DNA from: Spirochaetota bacterium
GTDB lineage: Bacteria > Spirochaetota > UBA4802 > UBA5550
Direction: 5' to 3'
DNA: 64,000 nucleotides
NCBI GenBank assembly: GCA_963664815.2
Contig: CAXXHB010000003.1
Coordinates: 928,001-992,000, forward strand
Made by a program: the position numbers and the translations under genes. The notes beneath the pieces are model-generated. The model searched no databases. It had not been told where the DNA came from and saw nothing but the letters and a program-made list of their open reading frames with translations. Of this stretch, positions 1 through 9,756 are shown piece by piece (the stretch's first letter is position 1; each line of letters begins with the position of its first letter).

Positions 1-71
1 AACATCAGTTTTATTCCGGAAACCCATTTCTGGTAAATATTAATCTATTCCGTATCACAAAGGAAACAAAA

Positions 72-1613
72 ATGACAAGTGCAGCACAAAGAGCCGAACT
101 GCAGTCCCAGATCTGGAAAATCGCCAACGATGTCCGTGGTTCTGTCGATGGGTGGGATTTCAAACAGTATGTACTAAGCACCCTCTTTTATCGATTCATC
201 AGTGAAAACTTTGCAAGCTATATCAAAGGCGGTGATGAAAGCGTCAACTACACTAAACTTTCCGATTCAGTTATCACCGCAGAAATCAAAGACGATGCCA
301 TCAAAACCAAGGGCTACTTCATATACCCCAGCCAGCTTTTTGAAAACGTTGCCGCAAAAGCCAATACCAATGAAAGCCTCAACACCGATTTAGCTGCCAT
401 ATTCTCCGCCATCGAAAGCTCGGCAAACGGCTACCCATCGGAACAGGATATTAAAGGCCTCTTTGCCGATTTTAACACCACCAGCAACCGCCTTGGTAAC
501 ACAGTCAAAGATAAAAACAGCCGTCTTGCCGCAGTACTCAAAGGGGTTGCGGGGCTCAATTTTGGCAAATTTGAAGATAACCAGATCGACCTCTTCGGCG
601 ATGCCTATGAGTTTTTAATCTCAAACTATGCCGCCAATGCCGGTAAGTCAGGCGGTGAATTTTTCACACCGCAACACGTGTCCAGGCTTATTGCTCAACT
701 GGCAATGCACAAGCAGACCTCGGTCAACAAGATATACGACCCGGCAGCGGGCTCCGGCTCTCTGCTCCTTCAGGCAAAAAAACACTTCGATGCTCATATC
801 ATCGAAGAGGGTTTCTTCGGGCAGGAGATCAACCACACCACCTATAACCTTGCCCGTATGAATATGTTTTTACACAACATTAACTACGACAAGTTCCATA
901 TAGCCCTGGGCAACACCCTTTTAGACCCGCATTTCGGTGACGAAAAGCCTTTCGATGCCATTGTGTCTAATCCCCCCTACTCGGTGAACTGGATCGGAAG
1001 CGATGACCCGACTCTTATTAATGATGAACGTTTTGCTCCTGCCGGTGTACTGGCTCCCAAATCCAAGGCCGACTTTGCCTTTGTGCTCCATGCCCTGAGC
1101 TATCTTTCCAGTAAAGGCCGTGCAGCCATTGTCTGCTTCCCTGGAATCTTTTATCGTGGCGGTGCCGAACAGAAAATCCGCCAGTATCTGATAGATAATA
1201 ACTTTGTAGAAACTGTGATCTCACTTGCTCCCAATCTATTTTTTGGAACCACCATTGCCGTCAATATTCTGGTAATATCCAAACATAAGACCGACAATAA
1301 AACACAGTTTATTGATGCAAGCGGACTCTTTAAAAAAGAAACCAATAACAACATTCTCACTGATGACCATATTGCTCATATTATGGAGGTGTTTGACAGT
1401 AAATCCGATGTGGTTCATTTTGCAAAATGTGTGGACTACGATGCCATTGCTGACAAAGAATACGACCTCTCCGTCAGTTCCTATGTTGAAGCCAGAGACA
1501 CCCGCGAAGTGGTGGATATTACCGAACTAAATGAAGAGATTAAAATCACCGTGGCAAAGATTGACCGGCTCCGGGCTGATATTGATGCCATTATTGCGGA
1601 GATTGAAGGGTGA
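72..1613 (+). CDS. hsdM: Type I restriction-modification methyltransferase subunit M
   Basis: [14 protein letters not shown] (SAM binding) and NPPY (N6-adenine MTase) motifs; EcoR124I-like N-terminus. Confidence 0.97.
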   Translation: MTSAAQRAELQSQIWKIANDVRGSVDGWDFKQYVLSTLFYRFISENFASYIKGGDESVNYTKLSDSVITAEIKDDAIKTKGYFIYPSQLFENVAAKANTNESLNTDLAAIFSAIESSANGYPSEQDIKGLFADFNTTSNRLGNTVKDKNSRLAAVLKGVAGLNFGKFEDNQIDLFGDAYEFLISNYAANAGKSGGEFFTPQHVSRLIAQLAMHKQTSVNKIYDPAAGSGSLLLQAKKHFDAHIIEEGFFGQEINHTTYNLARMNMFLHNINYDKFHIALGNTLLDPHFGDEKPFDAIVSNPPYSVNWIGSDDPTLINDERFAPAGVLAPKSKADFAFVLHALSYLSSKGRAAIVCFPGIFYRGGAEQKIRQYLIDNNFVETVISLAPNLFFGTTIAVNILVISKHKTDNKTQFIDASGLFKKETNNNILTDDHIAHIMEVFDSKSDVVHFAKCVDYDAIADKEYDLSVSSYVEARDTREVVDITELNEEIKITVAKIDRLRADIDAIIAEIEG

Positions 1614-1825
1614 GGATGGAACCACAGATGAACATTTCGACAAGCTCAATGCATCGCGCGGATAATCACGGATTAAGTTTCAAGTTCAAAACCATCTTTA
1701 AAGACAGTGAAGTGGAAGAGGCTTCAGTTATCCGGAATTTTAGGGTAACTGCCGCAGACTGGGAATTGCTTCCGGAAGCAACTGTTCGGAAAATCCGGAC
1801 AGTTCAACAGGAGGGGGGCTTGTGA
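1610..1825 (+). pseudogene. Composite remnant: repeat-derived N-terminus plus two RhuM-family fragments
   Basis: IFKDSEVEEASVIRNFRVTAAD and ELLPEATVRKIRTVQQEG both resemble the RhuM segment IF.EGEL.E.SV.R.FR.TA.DG; only 71 aa. Confidence 0.6.
1616..1674 (+). repeat. Direct repeat copy 1, interrupted by a 24-bp insert at 1634-1657
   Basis: atggaaccacagatgaac[atttcgacaagctcaatgcatcgc]gcggataatcacggatt matches 2640-2674 with 2 mismatches once the insert is removed. Confidence 0.9.
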
Positions 1826-2643
1826 TAGCAACAATCAACGCTAATGGAACAGAAATTTCGGTTTTATCCAGAGGAGACGAGAACGATTATATCTCCTTAA
1901 CAGATATTGCAAGATATAAAAATTCCGATGAACCCAAGGATGTTGTCAAAAACTGGATGCGGTCACGAAGTACCATTGAGTTTCTCGGTCTTTGGGAACA
2001 GTTGAACAACCTGGATTTTAAAGGGGTCGAATTCGACTCCTTTATCCATGAGGCTGGCTCAAATGCATTCACTTTATCGCCTCAAAAATGGATTTCAGCA
2101 ACAAATGCTATTGGCGTTATCTCAAAATCAGGTCGCTATGGCGGCACCTTCGCTCATAAAGATATTGCCTTTGAATTTGCCTCGTGGGTATCAGCGGAGT
2201 TCAAGCTTTACATCATCAAGGATTATCAGCGTCTGAAGGCCGACGAAAACAGCCGCATATCTCTCGAATGGAATGTGAACCGAGTAATATCCAAAATCAA
2301 TTACAAGATTCATACCGATGCGATTAAGGATAACCTGATCCCTCATCTGGTATCAAAAAAGCAGCAGTCGTTCACGTATGCCAGCGAAGCAGATATGCTT
2401 AATGTGGCACTTTTCGGCAGAACTGCCAGAGAATGGAAAGAGCAGAATCCCGCCGCAAAAGGAAATATGCGTGATGAAGCCACCATTCAACAGCTTATTG
2501 TCCTTTCTAATATGGAAAGCATGAATGCAGAGTTGATTAAACAGGACATCGCACAAAATCAAAGGCTCGTAATTTTGAATAAAATGGCAATCGAACAGAT
2601 GACTTCCATATTGGGAAGCCCGGCAATCAGGAAATTGAAATGA
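1822..2643 (+). CDS. KilA-N domain DNA-binding protein
   Basis: DYISLTDIA, NWMRSRSTIEFLGLWE and GRYGGTFAHKDIAFEFASW are typical of R-M-associated KilA-N proteins. Confidence 0.88.
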   Translation: MIATINANGTEISVLSRGDENDYISLTDIARYKNSDEPKDVVKNWMRSRSTIEFLGLWEQLNNLDFKGVEFDSFIHEAGSNAFTLSPQKWISATNAIGVISKSGRYGGTFAHKDIAFEFASWVSAEFKLYIIKDYQRLKADENSRISLEWNVNRVISKINYKIHTDAIKDNLIPHLVSKKQQSFTYASEADMLNVALFGRTAREWKEQNPAAKGNMRDEATIQQLIVLSNMESMNAELIKQDIAQNQRLVILNKMAIEQMTSILGSPAIRKLK

Positions 2644-2674
2644 AACCACAGATGAACGCGGATAAACACGGATT
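2640..2674 (+). repeat. Direct repeat copy 2 (uninterrupted); forms the hsdS start
   Basis: atgaaaccacagatgaacgcggataaacacggatt. Confidence 0.9.
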
Positions 2675-3893
2675 GAAAAAAAAAGCCTCTCGCGAAGACG
2701 CGAAAACGCAAAGGGTTGATTTTATGGAAAGGTTGCTTGAGGGTGTTACGGTACAGTGGAAGACGTTGGGTGAAGTGTGTGTTATATATACAGGTGGTGA
2801 GGCTCCAGCTAATAGCATAAAAGGATTAATTCCAAATGATATTTATAAATATCCAATTTATGCAAATGGCTCGGAACTATATGGTTATACTGACAGTTAT
2901 AAAATCAGCAAAGATGCTGTTACAATTTCTTCTATTGGGGCTAACACAGGTACAATATATTTTAGGGAAGCTTTTTTTACTCCAATAATTAGGCTTAAAG
3001 TATTATTACCTAAATATGATGATTTATTGTCAAAGTACATTTATCACTATTTGTCCTCTATAACAATTAGCAGCAAAAAAAGCAGTGTTCCCAATATGAA
3101 TGCTGATGATGTAAAAAAAATCATCATCCCAATCCCTCCCCTGCCAGTCCAAACCGAAATCGTCCGCATTCTGGATACCTTCACCGAGCTTACAGCCGAG
3201 CTTACAGCCGAGCTTACAGCCGAGCTTACAGCTCGTAAAAAACAATACACCTACTACCGCGACCAGCTGTTGACCTTTGAAGAGGGGCAAGTGGAATGGA
3301 AGCCGTTAGGAGAGGTCGGTGATGTTCGTATGTGCAAAAGAATTTTAAAAGAACAAACTACAGAAATAGGCGATATTCCATTTTATAAAATTGGTACTTT
3401 TGGGAAAGAACCTAATGCCTATATTTCTCAAGAGCTTTTTGATGAATACCGGTCTAAATACAGTTATCCCAAAGTCGGTGAAGTTCTCATCTCCGCCAGT
3501 GGTACAATAGGGAGAGCAGTCATTTTTAATGGTAAAGATGCATATTTTCAGGATAGTAATATTGTTTGGATTGAAAACGATGAAAGTAAAGTATTAAATA
3601 AATATTTATTTTACTTTTATCAGATTGCCAATTGGAATGTTGCTGAAGGTGGTACGATACAGCGTCTATATAATGATAATTTGATGAAAATGAAAATTCC
3701 CATTCCATATCCGGATGATCCAGAAAAATCGCTGGCCGAACAGGCCCGTATCGTTGCTATTCTGGATAAATTTGATGCACTCACAAGCTCCATCACTGAA
3801 GGTTTGCCTCGTGAGATAGAATTACGACAAAAGCAGTATGAATATTACCGCAATATGCTCCTTACATTTCCAAACGCCGGAGTAAATGCATAA
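2640..3893 (+). CDS. hsdS: Type I R-M specificity subunit S (type IC)
   Basis: Two TRDs, PIPPLPVQTEIVRILD and EQARIVAILDKFD conserved helices, TAEL spacer repeats; alternative start at 2724. Confidence 0.96.
   Translation: MKPQMNADKHGLKKKASREDAKTQRVDFMERLLEGVTVQWKTLGEVCVIYTGGEAPANSIKGLIPNDIYKYPIYANGSELYGYTDSYKISKDAVTISSIGANTGTIYFREAFFTPIIRLKVLLPKYDDLLSKYIYHYLSSITISSKKSSVPNMNADDVKKIIIPIPPLPVQTEIVRILDTFTELTAELTAELTAELTARKKQYTYYRDQLLTFEEGQVEWKPLGEVGDVRMCKRILKEQTTEIGDIPFYKIGTFGKEPNAYISQELFDEYRSKYSYPKVGEVLISASGTIGRAVIFNGKDAYFQDSNIVWIENDESKVLNKYLFYFYQIANWNVAEGGTIQRLYNDNLMKMKIPIPYPDDPEKSLAEQARIVAILDKFDALTSSITEGLPREIELRQKQYEYYRNMLLTFPNAGVNA
3184..3231 (+). repeat. 12-bp tandem repeat x4 (ccgagcttacag) encoding the TAEL spacer
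   Basis: Four perfect copies read directly; protein TELTAELTAELTAELTAR. Confidence 0.97.
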
Positions 3894-3894
3894 T

Positions 3895-5016
3895 ATGGGA
3901 AAGTCATTAACAGAAATCGCTCAACAGCTCAAAGATACCAATAAAAAAGTCCAGTTGATCTATGCCTTTAATGGCATGGGTAAAACGCGTTTATCAATGG
4001 AATTTAAGAATTTAATCGTACCAAAAAATAATGATTCGGAAGAAGAACAAGAAATTGCTACTGGTGATAAAATCATTTACTATAACGCATTTACCGAAGA
4101 TCTTTTCTATTGGGATAATGATTTAAAATTTGATGCTGAACCGAAATTAAAGATTCAGCCAAACTCTTTTACGCATTGGGTGTTTCAGGAACAGGGGCAG
4201 GACCAGAATATTATTTCTAATTTTCAGTACTACACAAATACAACAGTTTCACCAAAATTTAGCGAAGATTTTTCTGAGGTTACCTTTTCACTTGTGCATG
4301 GTAGTGATAGTTTTGAAAATATTAAAATTTCAAAAGGTGAAGAGAGTAACTTTGTATGGAGTGTTTTTTATAGCCTACTTGAACAAGTTATTGATGTATT
4401 AAATGAAATTGAATCAAGCGATCGGGTGACTAATCGGTTTGATCAGCTGGAATATGTTTTTATTGATGATCCTGTAAGTTCGCTGGATGATAACCATCTG
4501 ATTGAATTGGCGGTGAATCTAGCCAAAAAAATTACAGATTCTAAACAGCTTAAATTTATTGTCTCAACACATAGCCCCCTTTTTTACAATGTCCTTTACA
4601 ACGAACTGAACAATAAGGCTTGTTATATGTTAGATCGGCAAGAGGACGGTACATTTGAACTTAAAGAAAAACATGGCGATTCAAATAAAAGTTTTTCATA
4701 TCACTTGTTCTTAAAACACACACTTGAAGAAGCAATTAAACAAAACAATATTCAAAAGTATCATTTTATGCTTTTGCGTAATCTGTATGAAAAAACAGCT
4801 AATTTTCTGGGCTATCCCAGATGGTCTGAGTTATTGCCCGATGATAAGCAGGCTTATCTGAATCGTATTATTCAATTCACAAGCCATTCAACATTGTCAA
4901 ATGAAGCGGTTGCAGAGCCAACCGAGCCGGAGAAGCAAATCGTTAATTTCTTACTTCACCATTTGATTGACAACTATAGTTTTTGGCAGGAGAGTGCTGT
5001 AAATGAACGACTATAA
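3895..5016 (+). CDS. prrC: PrrC anticodon nuclease (ABC ATPase + HEPN)
   Basis: Walker A AFNGMGKT, PrrC box [20 protein letters not shown]-like signature ISKGEE, Walker [12 protein letters not shown]-loop STHS, catalytic RNLYE and FTSH; lies between hsdS and hsdR as in EcoprrI. Confidence 0.92.
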   Translation: MGKSLTEIAQQLKDTNKKVQLIYAFNGMGKTRLSMEFKNLIVPKNNDSEEEQEIATGDKIIYYNAFTEDLFYWDNDLKFDAEPKLKIQPNSFTHWVFQEQGQDQNIISNFQYYTNTTVSPKFSEDFSEVTFSLVHGSDSFENIKISKGEESNFVWSVFYSLLEQVIDVLNEIESSDRVTNRFDQLEYVFIDDPVSSLDDNHLIELAVNLAKKITDSKQLKFIVSTHSPLFYNVLYNELNNKACYMLDRQEDGTFELKEKHGDSNKSFSYHLFLKHTLEEAIKQNNIQKYHFMLLRNLYEKTANFLGYPRWSELLPDDKQAYLNRIIQFTSHSTLSNEAVAEPTEPEKQIVNFLLHHLIDNYSFWQESAVNERL

Positions 5017-8000
5017 AACCATTGCCGAATCAAACAACTTCATTGTTTTAGATAAATACACCAGGATAGACCAGCAGGGCTCTGGTTATCAAACCGAATC
5101 CGATCTGGAAAAGGAACTCATTCAGGACCTCGGGAATCAGGGATATGAATACCTCCCTGAACTCAACACCCCCGAAAAGATGCTGGCCAACGTGCGCCTC
5201 CAGCTGCAGGCTCTTAACAATATGCAGTTTTCTCATGGTGAATGGATTCGCTTTGTTGAAGAGTTTCTGGATAAACCAAGCGATGGCATCATTGACAAAA
5301 CCCGCAACATTCACGACAACTATATTCACGATTTTGTATTTGATGACGGCCATATTCAGAACATCTACCTTGTGGACAAAAAAAACATTGCCCGTAACAA
5401 AGTGCAGGTTATTTCACAGTTTGAACAAAAAGGGATCCACGCCAACCGTTATGATGTAACTATTCTGGTTAACGGCCTCCCCATGGTGCAGGTCGAACTG
5501 AAAAAAAGAGGCGTTGCTATTCGGGAGGCCTTCAACCAGGTACACCGTTACAGCAAAGAGAGCTTTAATTCAGACAATTCACTCTATAAGTATCTGCAGA
5601 TTTTTGTCATTTCAAACGGTACCGACAGCCGCTATTTTGCCAACACCACCAAACGAGATAAAAACAGCTTTGATTTTACAATGAACTGGGCTAAAGCAGA
5701 TAATACACTTATCAAAGACCTGAAAGACTTTACCGCAACCTTTTTTCAGAAAAACACCCTGATTAATGTCCTTCTCACCTATTCGGTATTTGATGTAAGT
5801 AATACCTTGCTTGTCATGCGCCCCTATCAGATAGCAGCGACAGAACGATTATTATGGAAAATTAAAAGTTCATATCAGGCAAAAACCTGGTGTAAACCTG
5901 AAGGGGGCGGCTATATCTGGCATACCACCGGATCGGGAAAAACTCTCACCAGTTTCAAAGCGGCCCGTCTTGCCACCAGTCTTGATTTTATCGACAAAGT
6001 GTTCTTTGTGGTGGACCGTAAAGATCTCGATTTTCAGACCATGAAAGAGTATCAGCGCTTTTCACCCGACAGCGTCAACGGTTCAGATAGTACCGCCGGG
6101 CTTAAAAGTAACATCGAAAAAGATGACAACAAAATCATCGTGACCACCATCCAGAAACTCAATATCCTGATGAAAGGCGAAGCGGACCTCCCCATATATG
6201 GCAATCAGGTGGTGTTTATCTTTGATGAATGCCACCGTTCACAGTTCGGTGAAGCTCAAAAGAACATTAAAAAGAAATTCAAAAAGTTCTATCAGTTCGG
6301 CTTTACCGGAACGCCGATTTTTCCGCAAAATGCTCTGGGTGCAGAAACCACCGCCAGTGTCTTCGGCCGTGAACTGCACTCCTATGTGATTACCGATGCC
6401 ATCAGGGATGAAAAGGTTCTCAAGTTCAAAGTGGACTACAATGATGTACGCCCCATGTTTAAAGCAATCGAATCGGAACTGGACGAGAAAAAACTCACCA
6501 CAGCAGAGAACAAAGAGGCTCTGCTGCACCCCGAGCGTATCAAAGAAATTTCCCAGTACATATTAAATAATTTTAGACAAAAAACACATCGCCTCCGTTC
6601 CGGTAACAAAGGCTTTAACGCTATATTTGCCGTGAGCAGTATCGATGCGGCAAAGCTCTACTATGAATCGCTGAAAACCTTGCAAAAAGAGAGCGACAGG
6701 CCGCTTAAGGTTGCCGTTATCTTCTCTTTTGTCGCCAATGAAGAACAAAACGCCATAGGGGACATACAAGATGAAACATTTGAACCCTCGGCTATGGACA
6801 GCAGCGCCAAAGAGTTTATCTCTTCCGCAATCAAAGACTATAACGGAATGTTCAAAGCCAACTACAGCGTTGACAGCAAAGAGTTTCAAAACTACTATCG
6901 CAATCTTTCTCAACGGGTCAAGGGCGAAGATGATTACGGAAATAAACTCAAACCAGAGGAAACAGTAGATCTGCTTATCGTGGTGGGTATGTTCCTCACC
7001 GGCTTTGATGCCCCCACCTTAAACACTCTGTTTGTCGATAAAAATCTTCGTTACCACGGCCTTATGCAGGCCTATTCACGCACCAACCGAATTTATGATG
7101 CAACAAAAACATTCGGCAATATCGTCACCTTCCGCGATTTAGAACAGGCCACCATCGATGCCATTAAACTATTTGGTGACGCAAACACCAAAAATGTAGT
7201 GCTTGAAAAAAGCTACCAAGAGTATATGGAAGGCTTTACCGATCTGGCAACCGGTGAAGCCCGACGCGGTTATCTCGATGTGGTGAAAGAACTGCAAAAA
7301 CGGTTCCCCTGTCCCGATGAAATCATTACCGAAAAGGATAAAAAAGACTTCGCGAAACTCTTTGGAGAATACCTACGTGTCGAAAATGTTCTGCAAAACT
7401 ACGATGAGTTTGTCGGCATGAAAGCCCTGCAAAATGTCGATATGGCCGATCCGGAAGCCGTTGAAGAGTTTAAGGCTGTTTACTATCTCAGCGATGAAGA
7501 TATAGAAGCAATGCAGAATGTTCCCGTGCCCGCTGATCGCACAATTCAAGACTACCGTTCAACCTATAACGATATTTGCGACTGGATTCGCCGTGAAAAA
7601 ACAGGCAAAGAAAAAGAGTCCTCCACCATAAATTGGGATGATGTCGTTTTTGAAGTGGATCTTTTGAAATCTCAGGAGATTAACCTGGACTATATTCTTG
7701 AACTGATTTTTGAAAACAACAAGAAGGTAAAAGATAAAGAATCATTGGTAGAAGAGGTACGCCGTTTAATCCGTGCCAGCATTGGCAACCGTGCGAAAGA
7801 AAGTCTTGTAGTGGATTTTATTAACCAAACAAACCTGGACAGCATTCTCGATAAAGCCAGCATCATCGATGCATTTTTCACCTTCGCCCAGACAGAACAG
7901 CGGCGTGAAGCAGATGAGCTAATCAGTTCAGAAAACCTCAATGAAGATGCGGCAAAACGGTATATCCTTGCATCTTTGAAACGGGAATATGCCAGTGAAA

Positions 8001-8134
8001 ACGGCACTGAACTTAATGGCATCCTGCCAAAAATGAGCCCGCTCAATCCGCAATATTTAACCATAAAACAAAGTGTCTTCCGAAAAATCGCCGATTTTGT
8101 AGAGAAATTTAAAGGTATTGGGGGAATGGTTTGA
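5003..8134 (+). CDS. hsdR: Type I restriction endonuclease subunit R
   Basis: [19 protein letters not shown] nuclease motif, [24 protein letters not shown] and QAYSRTNR helicase motifs. Confidence 0.97.
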   Translation: MNDYKTIAESNNFIVLDKYTRIDQQGSGYQTESDLEKELIQDLGNQGYEYLPELNTPEKMLANVRLQLQALNNMQFSHGEWIRFVEEFLDKPSDGIIDKTRNIHDNYIHDFVFDDGHIQNIYLVDKKNIARNKVQVISQFEQKGIHANRYDVTILVNGLPMVQVELKKRGVAIREAFNQVHRYSKESFNSDNSLYKYLQIFVISNGTDSRYFANTTKRDKNSFDFTMNWAKADNTLIKDLKDFTATFFQKNTLINVLLTYSVFDVSNTLLVMRPYQIAATERLLWKIKSSYQAKTWCKPEGGGYIWHTTGSGKTLTSFKAARLATSLDFIDKVFFVVDRKDLDFQTMKEYQRFSPDSVNGSDSTAGLKSNIEKDDNKIIVTTIQKLNILMKGEADLPIYGNQVVFIFDECHRSQFGEAQKNIKKKFKKFYQFGFTGTPIFPQNALGAETTASVFGRELHSYVITDAIRDEKVLKFKVDYNDVRPMFKAIESELDEKKLTTAENKEALLHPERIKEISQYILNNFRQKTHRLRSGNKGFNAIFAVSSIDAAKLYYESLKTLQKESDRPLKVAVIFSFVANEEQNAIGDIQDETFEPSAMDSSAKEFISSAIKDYNGMFKANYSVDSKEFQNYYRNLSQRVKGEDDYGNKLKPEETVDLLIVVGMFLTGFDAPTLNTLFVDKNLRYHGLMQAYSRTNRIYDATKTFGNIVTFRDLEQATIDAIKLFGDANTKNVVLEKSYQEYMEGFTDLATGEARRGYLDVVKELQKRFPCPDEIITEKDKKDFAKLFGEYLRVENVLQNYDEFVGMKALQNVDMADPEAVEEFKAVYYLSDEDIEAMQNVPVPADRTIQDYRSTYNDICDWIRREKTGKEKESSTINWDDVVFEVDLLKSQEINLDYILELIFENNKKVKDKESLVEEVRRLIRASIGNRAKESLVVDFINQTNLDSILDKASIIDAFFTFAQTEQRREADELISSENLNEDAAKRYILASLKREYASENGTELNGILPKMSPLNPQYLTIKQSVFRKIADFVEKFKGIGGMV

Positions 8135-8197
8135 TCCTTTGGCGCAAAACCTCGATTATTCCCATCATAGACTACGGTGAAGATTACAAAAATCTGA

Positions 8198-8326
8198 ATA
8201 TAACAGCGGGTATACTAAATGCCTGACAAAACTTGACATTTAAAATTGCTTTTGAATTTCAATGTGTGTCGCTCTGGCTTATATAATCGCCGCATTCTGC
8301 ACAGTTTCGTTTATATGACGTTTGAA
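8198..8326 (+). other. Possible degenerate integron attC-like hairpin
   Basis: Opens with atataac and closes with gtttgaa; arms aacagcgggtatactaaa and tttcgtttatatgacgtt are partly complementary; nested gacatt..aatgt and aaatt..aattt palindromes. Confidence 0.35.
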
Positions 8327-8336
8327 AACTTTTCAT

Positions 8337-8453
8337 TTATGGTAAATGTTTGGGTGAGTCAGGAGAATGATTTTTATCTTTAAATAAAAATACCTTCTTG
8401 GTAGAAAGTTTTATCGTCGAAATGTGCAAATCAATGGATATACCATCAATCAT
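8337..8453 (-). pseudogene. Short ORF (38 aa) coupled to the Panacea gene; possible truncated toxin partner
   Basis: ATG overlaps the upstream stop (TAATG); MIDGISIDLHISTIKLSTKKVFLFKDKNHSPDSPKHLP*. Confidence 0.35.
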
Positions 8454-9047
8454 TAAATGTTTCCCAAAAATATATCTTTAGAACACTGAATAATATCATT
8501 TTGTATGACTTTGTATGGATCAGAATCTAATGCTGCATTACTTTTTAAATCAGAATCGGAAGGATTATCGAAAAAATCTTGGATGTCCATATTAATCCGT
8601 GCTCTTGGATTATATTTAAATATGTTTTCAAATTTTTTCCATTCAGGATAATTATGGTCAATTGCCACTAATGTTTTAGGTTTATAATGTCCAAATGTGG
8701 CAACGGCAAAATCAAGTGCTCCTTTGTCGGTTTCCGACAAGTGATCTGTTTCTAAATTCTGTTTAGTATTTGTTATATTTTGATTGTTGTTTAGATATTT
8801 TAAATATTTCTCAACGTATTTTTTTTCATTCTTCTCTATGACTCCTTTGATTATATCATATACGGTTGTAGCAACTGGTCCATTTTCCATCGCATAGTAA
8901 TTATCATCAGTTATTGTGCGACCATATTTGCGAAGATGATATCTGTCAGCAAAAAAAAACCAATTTTAAAACAGTCCATCGATCTAATGATTTTGGCTTT
9001 TTAGTCGTTATATGGTAGATGGCCTGTACTGCTGATTCAAAATTCAT
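8453..9047 (-). pseudogene. Panacea/SocA (DUF4065) antitoxin, frameshifted in a T9 tract
   Basis: MNFESAVQAIYHI..VLKLVFF, then +1 frameshift at 8951-8959, then ADRYHLRKYGRTITDDNYYAMENGPV..H.YPEW. Confidence 0.85.
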
Positions 9048-9257
9048 ATCTATACACTTTTCCTTTCTTTACCGGAAAACTCTTATTATTACTATCATAA
9101 TATAAGAACATGGGAGATCAAAATTGATTTGTATTTTAATAATGTTTTGAGATATATTTTACAAGAAATTTTTAAGAGTAAAGTAAGAAATAGTACTGAT
9201 TTTTAATTTTTTAACAGCAAACTTTATTTTAAATAATCAAAGTTGGTTAACAATAAT

Positions 9258-9283
9258 AAAGCCCTGAATTTATCAGGGCTTTT
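9258..9283 (-). terminator. Intrinsic terminator after tRNA-Gly (probably bidirectional)
   Basis: aaagccctga-attta-tcagggcttt, 10-bp stem. Confidence 0.8.
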
Positions 9284-9286
9284 ATG

Positions 9287-9357
9287 AGCGGGTAACGGGA
9301 ATCGAACCCGTATGGTTAGCTTGGAAGGCTAAAGTTCTACCATTGAACTACACCCGC
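9287..9357 (-). tRNA. tRNA-Gly (TCC)
   Basis: Reverse complement GCGGGTGTAGTTCAATGGTAGAACTTTAGCCTTCCAAGCTAACCATACGGGTTCGATTCCCGTTACCCGCT; cloverleaf, TTCGA T-loop, U73; CCA not encoded. Confidence 0.96.
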
Positions 9358-9370
9358 GAAAACTGGAATG

Positions 9371-9399
9371 ACTAAATATTTTTATGCCATTTGAGTCAA
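9371..9399 (-). promoter_or_regulatory. Putative sigma70 promoter of tRNA-Gly
   Basis: TTGACT-N17-TTTAGT on the minus strand just upstream of the tRNA. Confidence 0.45.
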
Positions 9400-9756
9400 G
9401 GAAAATAAATTTTTTTTTGTTTTTTTACTTCGATATAACAGGCCTGATTTCTGGTATCGATGATATTTCTGCCGAAGTATTAGAGCTTCCTTTTTAAGAT
9501 AAAACATATGTATAGGGATTATTGCTGAACAAGGAAAATCTTATATTTCTATAATAGATTCGCTGCCGAAGCAAAAATGAATCATAGACGAAAAAAGTCA
9601 GAAAGAAATGTGAACCACAATTGGTTTTGTTTTAAATAAGTTATACCTGAAATTAAAAGGCTATTCCGGGTTGACAAATTCCTCATTTGCCGGAATCAAT
9701 CAGTTAAATTTTATATCGCTTGAAAATTTTTAGCGGAAAACAAAGGAAAGAATAAA

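Noticed and set aside
3030-3290. Minus-strand ORFs with CKLG or SSAV repeats
   Set aside because: Antisense readings of the TAEL repeat in hsdS.
9460-9590. Repeated ctgccgaag upstream of eamA as a lysine riboswitch
   Set aside because: Lacks the AGAGG-GC P1/P2 core and the other conserved helices.
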